Below are positions 27,411 to 32,839 of a DNA stretch of 32,839 bases, in pieces. The stretch lies in assembly GCA_045105055.1 (NCBI GenBank), contig JBGCDC010000141.1:1-32839 (forward strand), given 5' to 3'. This stretch comes from Phycisphaeraceae bacterium. GTDB taxonomy: Bacteria; Planctomycetota; Phycisphaerae; Phycisphaerales; Phycisphaeraceae. Position 1 is the first letter of the stretch. Each line of letters begins with the position of its first letter. The position numbers and the translations under genes were made by a program. The notes beneath the pieces are model-generated. The model worked only from the letters and a program-made list of their open reading frames with translations. It had not been told where the DNA came from and searched no databases.

Positions 27411-27491
27411 AGGGAATCAGGAGTAGGGAGCAGGTAATGCCGTGCCCACTACTGCCTTATCCGACTCCCAACTCCCGAATTCCGACTCCCT
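27411..27491. repeat. Inverted arrays of degenerate heptamers (GGGARTC-like)
   Basis: Left GGGAATC-AGGAGTA-GGGAGCA. Right array reads GGGAGTC-GGAATTC-GGGAGTT-GGGAGTC on the minus strand. Confidence 0.6.
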
Positions 27492-27562
27492 GCTAATCTA
27501 TGGCTGCGGTGCTAGAGCGCCGCTTTTTTCATTCTCCCGCCCCACGCCCCAAAGCGCTCGCC

Positions 27563-29122
27563 ATGAATTACCGCTTCGTTGCACGACAACTCGGCTTGCT
27601 CTTGGTGGTCATGAGCGTGGCGCTTGCCGCGACGATGCTCTACGAGTTGTTTTTGGTCTTGGGTGATGAGGCCGACGAAGGCGAGGCCATGGCCGCCCGT
27701 GCGCTCGGCATCTCCACGGCGATCGGCGCGACGCTCGGTGGCACGATCTGGTTCTTCACCCGTAAGCACGATCAGGACTGGGCCTTGGCTCGGCGTGAGG
27801 CGATGCTGCTGGTCGCGACGAGTTGGGTGATCGGCGCGGCGCTCGCGGCGCTGCCGTTCCTCCTCTGGGCGAACATGGCGGACACCCACCCTGACCACCC
27901 CTTCCGAACCTTTACCGCAAGCTACTTCGAGTCGATGTCCGGGCTCTCCACGACTGGCTCAACCGTCCTCGGCGGTGACCACTGCAAGATCGCGGACCTG
28001 CCCAAGGGCCTGATGCTCTGGCGGTCGCTGGCGCACTGGCTCGGCGGGCTGGGCATCGTCGTCCTCTTCGTCGCGGTGCTCCCGATGGTCGGCACGTCCG
28101 GCAAAAAAATGTTCTCCGTCGAATCCACCGCGGACAAGGGCGGCGTCCGACCACGCATCACCGAAACCGCTCGCGTCCTCTGGCTCATCTACCTCGGCCT
28201 GACCGTCGCGTGCATCCTCCTACTCGCCGCCACAGGCAAGATGACCTGGTTCGAGGCGGTCAACCACGCCTTCTCCGTCATGGGCACCGGCGGACTGAGC
28301 ACCAACGATGCCAGCGTCGGCGGCTTTAACTCCGTCGGCGTCGACATCATCATGACCGTGTTCATGATCATCGCAGGCGTCAACTTCGTCGTCTTCTTCC
28401 ACATGGTCCAGAAACGCTGGCGAGCGGTCCTCGACGATGTCGAACTGCGTATCTATCTCGCGCTGAAGATCTTTGTCTCGGTCATCATCGCGATCAACCT
28501 CATCGGCGTGAACTACAAGACCACCGCGGGTGCCGACGTCGGCGGCGGCTTCTTCACCGCGCTCCGCTACGCCTCCTTCCAGACCGCATCCCTGCAAACC
28601 GGCACAGGCTTTTGCACCGCGGACTACGACAGTTGGCCGATGCTTTCGGTCACGCTGCTCATGGGCCTCATGCTCATCGGCGGCTGCGGCGGATCGACCG
28701 CGGGCGGCTTTAAGGTCTTCCGTTTCTGGGTGCTGCTCAAGGTCCTCTTCGCCGCATTGGAGCGAGCCTTCCGCCCCAACGTCGTCCGCCCGATCAAGGT
28801 CGGCAAGAACACCATCGAAGACGAGACGAAGCTCTCCGTCCTCGTTTACTTCGGCATGATGATCTTGCTCACCGCGCTGGGTACGACGCTTACGCTCATC
28901 ATCGAAGAACCCAACGGCATCGATGTGCAGACCGCTGCGAGCGCGAGCTACGCGTCGCTCTGCAACGTCGGCCCGGGCCTGCACGGCGTCGGCGCCACAA
29001 GGAACTATGGCTGGATGCAGCCCGCCACGCTATGGATACAAAGCGCGCTCATGGCGCTAGGCCGACTCGAGGTCTACGCGCTGCTGGTGCTACTCGTCCC
29101 ACGCTTTTGGCGCGGGGATTAA
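27563..29122 (+). CDS. trkH: Trk potassium uptake membrane subunit TrkH
   Basis: Four P-loops (SGLSTTG, GTGG, QTGTG, CNVGPG), WLGGLG, GGCGGSTAGG.K and GRLE. Start MNYRF at 27563. Confidence 0.93.
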   Translation: MNYRFVARQLGLLLVVMSVALAATMLYELFLVLGDEADEGEAMAARALGISTAIGATLGGTIWFFTRKHDQDWALARREAMLLVATSWVIGAALAALPFLLWANMADTHPDHPFRTFTASYFESMSGLSTTGSTVLGGDHCKIADLPKGLMLWRSLAHWLGGLGIVVLFVAVLPMVGTSGKKMFSVESTADKGGVRPRITETARVLWLIYLGLTVACILLLAATGKMTWFEAVNHAFSVMGTGGLSTNDASVGGFNSVGVDIIMTVFMIIAGVNFVVFFHMVQKRWRAVLDDVELRIYLALKIFVSVIIAINLIGVNYKTTAGADVGGGFFTALRYASFQTASLQTGTGFCTADYDSWPMLSVTLLMGLMLIGGCGGSTAGGFKVFRFWVLLKVLFAALERAFRPNVVRPIKVGKNTIEDETKLSVLVYFGMMILLTALGTTLTLIIEEPNGIDVQTAASASYASLCNVGPGLHGVGATRNYGWMQPATLWIQSALMALGRLEVYALLVLLVPRFWRGD

Positions 29123-29219
29123 CGACGCCGCCTTATCTCATTGTGTTTTGACGCGTCGTGACTGTTCGGCGATGCTATGCCTTCACTTCACAACAAACCG
29201 ATTCAACCAAGGAAATCCA

Positions 29220-29534
29220 ATGATCGTAGTCAACACCGAAGAGATCGCGGGTCGTCAGATCACGCAGGTGCTCGGCCTTGTCCAGGGCAATACCATCCGT
29301 GCCAAGCACGCGGGCCGAGACATCATGGCCAGCTTTAAAAACTTGGTCGGCGGCGAGCTTAAGGGCTACACCGAACTCCTCACCGAGTCCCGCCGACAAG
29401 CCACCGAACGCATGATGCAGCAGGCCCAACAACTCGGCGCCGACGCCGTCGTGAACGTCCGCTTCACCACCAGCGCGATCACCGGCGGTGCCGCGGAACT
29501 CTATGCCTACGGCACCGCTGTCAAGCTCGGCTAA
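29220..29534 (+). CDS. YbjQ/UPF0145 family protein
   Basis: MIVVNTEEIAG...LGLVQG...LVGGELKGY...LGADAVVNVRF...YGTAVK. AAGGA SD. Confidence 0.92.
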   Translation: MIVVNTEEIAGRQITQVLGLVQGNTIRAKHAGRDIMASFKNLVGGELKGYTELLTESRRQATERMMQQAQQLGADAVVNVRFTTSAITGGAAELYAYGTAVKLG

Positions 29535-29554
29535 CCACCGAAAGGAGACCCGCC

Positions 29555-30028
29555 ATGATCGAACTAATCGTCGGCATTTTTATCACGGTGCTCTTGCTCA
29601 TCGGCGGCCTGACCTTCGGCCGAATGAACGACCGCAAGCACCTCGCCTCTATCAAGCAGCGCGAAGAGCGATACCGCAACATCCTGCTCGACAACCGCAA
29701 ACGCGTCACGTCGCCAGAGACCGTCGAGGCCGCCACGCTGGTGATCGGCCAATACGTCTCCGCGTCCGACTACTTCAAAGCCTTCGCGACCAAACTACGG
29801 GCACTCGTCGGCGGCGAGATGAACTCGATGATCACGCTCATGGAGCGCGCCCGGCGCGAAGCCGTCTTACGCATGGTCGAAAGCGCGAAAAGCCAAGGCG
29901 CGACCGAAGTCTGGAACATCCGCTTTGAGACATCCAACATCTCGCAGATGAACGGCAAGCGCGGTGCCGCACAAGTCGAGATCATCGCCTACGGCACCGC
30001 GATCCGACGTGTGGCGGATGGCTCGTGA
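29555..30028 (+). CDS. YbjQ/UPF0145 family protein with N-terminal TM anchor
   Basis: LVGGEM...RARREAVLRM...GA..V.NIRFET...AYGTAI. AAAGGAG SD. Confidence 0.88.
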   Translation: MIELIVGIFITVLLLIGGLTFGRMNDRKHLASIKQREERYRNILLDNRKRVTSPETVEAATLVIGQYVSASDYFKAFATKLRALVGGEMNSMITLMERARREAVLRMVESAKSQGATEVWNIRFETSNISQMNGKRGAAQVEIIAYGTAIRRVADGS

Positions 30029-30047
30029 AAGCGTGTTGTAGATACTC

Positions 30048-30144
30048 GATAGCTCCTGGCGGAAGCCCGGAGCCGAGATGTCGAGCTTGTTTAAAATTTG
30101 CCTTAACCTGACGCACCTGCTCCGGGCTTCCGCCAGGAGCGATC
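30048..30144. repeat. REP-doublet-like inverted repeat
   Basis: Perfect 22-bp arms GCTCCTGGCGGAAGCCCGGAGC (30052-30073 and 30119-30140) around a 45-nt spacer. Each arm is itself a hairpin. Confidence 0.8.
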
Positions 30145-30176
30145 AAAACCGCGCGATTACTCTGCAGGCAAACCCC

Positions 30177-31055
30177 ATGCCTAAGCCCAATCAAGACCAC
30201 GGCATCGAGCACGAGCCAGCGCTCCACGGCGTCTTTGATACGACGGAAGATGTCTCAGAGGGTAAGGCCGACCGCGCGCTTGCCAAGAGCGCGAAAGGTG
30301 ATGCCGAGCGTGCTTACGAGCATTCGGTTCATGATGAGCTCGCGTACCTGCCGGACGACTTGGATCGGCCCGCGATTATTGATCGTGATTTTTCTTGCAA
30401 TGCGTGCGGCTACAACCTGCGTGGTTTGGTGCTCGGTAAGGCTTGCCCTGAGTGCAGTCATGTGCAGTACGAACGGCCGTCGGCGACCAGCCGCGAGGGC
30501 TACGCGCATTGGCTGGCCAGTCGCATCAAGACGACCTCGGCAACGAAGTCGTGGGCGATCGTTTTTGCTGTGGCGTTTTTAAGTGGCTGGTGGTCGGTCT
30601 TCGGCGCGTTCTGGAACGTCAATGTCGGCGGGTGGAGCAGCTTCTTCGCGATCGCGGTTTGGGGCCCTGTGGTCGAGGAAGTGATGAAGATCGCTTTGAT
30701 CGCGGTCATCATCGAGCGCTGTCCTTACCTGTTTAGGAGCCGGGGCCAGATCATTGTCACCGCGATCGGCGCGGGGCTGATGTTTTCGATCATCGAGAAT
30801 TTTTTGTACCTGTTTGTGTACGTGCCTAATCCGCCGAGTTGGTTGGTGATTTGGCGTTGGACGGTTTGCGTCGCGCTGCACGTGGGCTGCACGCTAGTCG
30901 CGGGGCTCGGGGCGGCGAAGGTTTGGCATAAGCAGATCACCCAGCTCCGCCGGGTATCGGTGCCGGTGGATATGCGGTACCTCGCCGCCGCGATCCTGAT
31001 CCACGGGGTGTACAACGGCACGGTGACGGTGTTCGATATGGCTGGTGCGTTTTGA
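30177..31055 (+). CDS. PrsW-family intramembrane glutamic/metallo-protease with N-terminal zinc ribbon
   Basis: GPVVEEVMK, FSIIEN, LH and IHGVYN motifs, plus CNACGYNLRGL...CPEC. Start ATG 30177 (the upstream extension overlaps the repeat). Confidence 0.85.
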   Translation: MPKPNQDHGIEHEPALHGVFDTTEDVSEGKADRALAKSAKGDAERAYEHSVHDELAYLPDDLDRPAIIDRDFSCNACGYNLRGLVLGKACPECSHVQYERPSATSREGYAHWLASRIKTTSATKSWAIVFAVAFLSGWWSVFGAFWNVNVGGWSSFFAIAVWGPVVEEVMKIALIAVIIERCPYLFRSRGQIIVTAIGAGLMFSIIENFLYLFVYVPNPPSWLVIWRWTVCVALHVGCTLVAGLGAAKVWHKQITQLRRVSVPVDMRYLAAAILIHGVYNGTVTVFDMAGAF

Positions 31056-31063
31056 CCCCGATT

Positions 31064-31160
31064 GGGTGCCACAGTGCGTCCCGAAGGGCGCTGTGTGTGC
31101 GATGGCAAACGGTTACGGGTGGTTCGCACACAGCGCCTTTCGGGACGCAGTGTGGCACCC
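31064..31160. repeat. Palindromic REP-doublet/MITE-like element, copy 2
   Basis: GGGTGCCACAGTGCGTCCCGAAGGGCGCTGTGTG...CACACAGCGCCTTTCGGGACGCAGTGTGGCACCC. Homologous to 6582-6680. Confidence 0.85.
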
Positions 31161-31184
31161 GCTAATCCTGCCGTTATCTCTGCG

Positions 31185-31190
31185 TATAAT
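31185..31190 (+). promoter_or_regulatory. -10 box TATAAT, leaderless-type promoter for nuoI
   Basis: Consensus TATAAT 6 nt before ATG 31197, with no SD. Confidence 0.55.
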
Positions 31191-31196
31191 GCCAAC

Positions 31197-31754
31197 ATGC
31201 CCATCGACGAAGCCGACATCATCAACGTGGACCAGTCGCCCCTTAACGCCGCGGAAGCGTTCTACCTGCCCGAGGTATTCAAGGGTTTGGGCACAACGCT
31301 CAAGCACATGGCCGGATCCGTCGGCAAGTGGGCGGGCGGCGGCAAGAAGCTCCACACCATGGAGTACCCCGAGGAACGACGCGAGCACATCCCCGTCGAA
31401 GACGGCGGCCTGTACGCAGGTAACTTCCGAGGCGTCCACCGATTGAATCGTGATGAGGACGGCCGAGTCCGCTGCGTCGCCTGCATGATGTGCGCCACCG
31501 CGTGCCCGGCCAACTGTATCCATATCGAAGGCAAAGAGTCGCCTTGGGACGACCGCGAAAAATACCCGGTCAAGTTCGACTTGGATGAACTCCGCTGCAT
31601 CTACTGTGGCATGTGCGAAGAGGCCTGCCCGGTCGACGCGATCGAGCTGACCCCGATGTACGACGTCGTGGGCATGTCCCGCGCGGAAATGATCTTCGAT
31701 AAAGAAAAACTGCTGAGTGTCTACGACGCAACGATCGATCAGAAGCCGATGTAG
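31197..31754 (+). CDS. nuoI: NADH-quinone oxidoreductase subunit I
   Basis: T.EYPEE, FRG.H.L, CVACMMCATACP, and RCIYCGMCEEACPVDAI (2x[4Fe-4S]). Confidence 0.92.
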   Translation: MPIDEADIINVDQSPLNAAEAFYLPEVFKGLGTTLKHMAGSVGKWAGGGKKLHTMEYPEERREHIPVEDGGLYAGNFRGVHRLNRDEDGRVRCVACMMCATACPANCIHIEGKESPWDDREKYPVKFDLDELRCIYCGMCEEACPVDAIELTPMYDVVGMSRAEMIFDKEKLLSVYDATIDQKPM

Positions 31755-32485
31755 GTTCGGTTAATTCGCTTGCGTAAGCTGAATTCAGCGCAACTAGAAA
31801 TCGCTACTGAAGAGGTAGCTATTGGATCCTTTCAACACGCACAGGTTGCTCGACACCCCCTCCCAACCTCCCCCTCGGAGCGGGATGCGTATAAGGTTTA
31901 CCTCCTACATCTTGATACGTCTTTTTCTACACATGGTGCAGAAAAGGGTGGTTGGATTTCACTGAGATGTAGGCGGGGGCCTTGGCGTGCGTTGCGGGAT
32001 GTTGCGATGGTGTGTTTTTGCGCGCGGGGCTTGGGTTTGGGGCTTTTGTGATGCAGTTGTTTATTGAAAATCTTGATCGCCAAGCCGGGGCAGAGCGCAG
32101 CATCGCCTCGGATGGTTTGTGGTTCGCCGTTTGGATGTTGGGTGTTACTCAGCGAGATATGGTCTGGCGACTCGCTCTAGCTAGGCTTGGAGTGAGTCCC
32201 CGTGCGCCGATTGTGCGCGAGGGTGTTTTGGGGTTTAGGTCAAAGCACCACACTCGAAAGTGCGGTTCAGGGTGGGGTGATTGGCTTTAATGCAAAGTAA
32301 GCGGTGAGCGATTACGCACTTTTGGGTTGGGGTAAGTTGTGCGGATTGTGCGGGGGCGGGGGTGAGAAAGAGTGGGGAATCGGGGTTTGCGGGGTGAGCG
32401 TGGGGGCTGGGGTTCCGATAACGAAGTTGGACTGACCTTTGGCCTCCGTTTGGGGGTGCCTTGGATGCTGTCTTGGAGAGTTCTT

Positions 32486-32839
32486 ATGCGGCGATGGAAA
32501 CTGGTGACGCTATTGGTGCTGGGCGTGCTGTGGATGCTGGCCTGCGAGGAGCAGGTGCGTAAGTCGGCCGATGAGGTGGAGGATGATTCGCCGATGGCGG
32601 GGGTTTGGTATCTGCAGGCGGTCGCGGCGGATCGGCCGATCGCGGGTGATGTCGATGTGAGTTTTGAGTTTAAGGCTCAGGGTGCTGCGGCGTACGAGCG
32701 GGTCACGAATGGGCCTGAGGAGCCGGAGCGGTTTGACCTGCGATACAACTTGGCAGATCGGATTATCAGCATCGATAGCAACAACGAGGATCCTGGTGTC
32801 CCGCGGATCACCGGCAAGGTTGAGCTCTCCGACGATGGG
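32486..32839 (+). CDS. Putative lipoprotein (possibly lipocalin-like), 5' part
   Basis: Not in the ORF track. Manual translation MRRWKLVTLLVLGVLWMLAC-EEQ...MAGVWYL..., open to the window end. GGAGAG SD and LAC lipobox. Confidence 0.7.
   Translation, partial: MRRWKLVTLLVLGVLWMLACEEQVRKSADEVEDDSPMAGVWYLQAVAADRPIAGDVDVSFEFKAQGAAAYERVTNGPEEPERFDLRYNLADRIISIDSNNEDPGVPRITGKVELSDDG

Noticed and set aside
28220-28984. 254-aa minus-strand ORF, and similar shadows such as 24089..24709 and 3485..4012
   Set aside because: Antisense to well-supported genes, as expected from high-GC codon bias.
6582-31160. CRISPR array or intact IS element
   Set aside because: The repeats are isolated palindromes, not regularly spaced direct repeats. 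No cas or transposase gene is present.
31903-31938. NrdR-box-like sequences (CTACATCTTG, CTACACATGG)
   Set aside because: Weak match, and no ribonucleotide reductase gene is adjacent in the window.
31770-32290. Short ORFs 31770..32051, 31898..32083 and 31982..32290
   Set aside because: Atypical composition, mutual overlap and no recognisable motifs or SD.

Overview
This is a GC-rich bacterial chromosomal window, probably from a planctomycete of the Phycisphaerae (inferred from a zinc-ribbon Ser/Thr kinase, a CxxCGYNLRGL...CPEC ribbon, a stand-alone LigD phosphoesterase domain and an orphan nuoI). Left to right it holds the hflX 5' end, an HNH-like protein, a kinase, rpmB-dnaG-rpoD and a secreted alpha/beta hydrolase. 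Next is a ~12 kb minus-strand ABC-transporter-dependent glycan cluster (wzm, wzt, two methyltransferase-GT2 fusions, two FkbM methyltransferases, a CgeB-like GT, GT2, sulfotransferase, GT4, GT2), preceded by a polytopic membrane protein. Divergent from it is an HDOD-GGDEF-REC plus metallophosphoesterase pair. The right part holds the LigD-PE protein, a TPR lipoprotein, trkA-trkH, two YbjQ proteins, a PrsW-type protease, nuoI and a partial lipoprotein. The most striking signal is that nine consecutive soluble proteins of the glycan cluster, plus the divergent diguanylate cyclase and phosphoesterase, all end in Ala-Ala-stop. This resembles an ssrA/ClpXP degron, and none of the 16 other complete non-cluster or membrane genes ends this way. 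It suggests a proteolytically timed, c-di-GMP-linked polysaccharide module. Several REP-doublet-like palindromes, a shared sigma28-like promoter motif and leaderless-type starts are also visible. No rRNA, tRNA, CRISPR or transposase was found.
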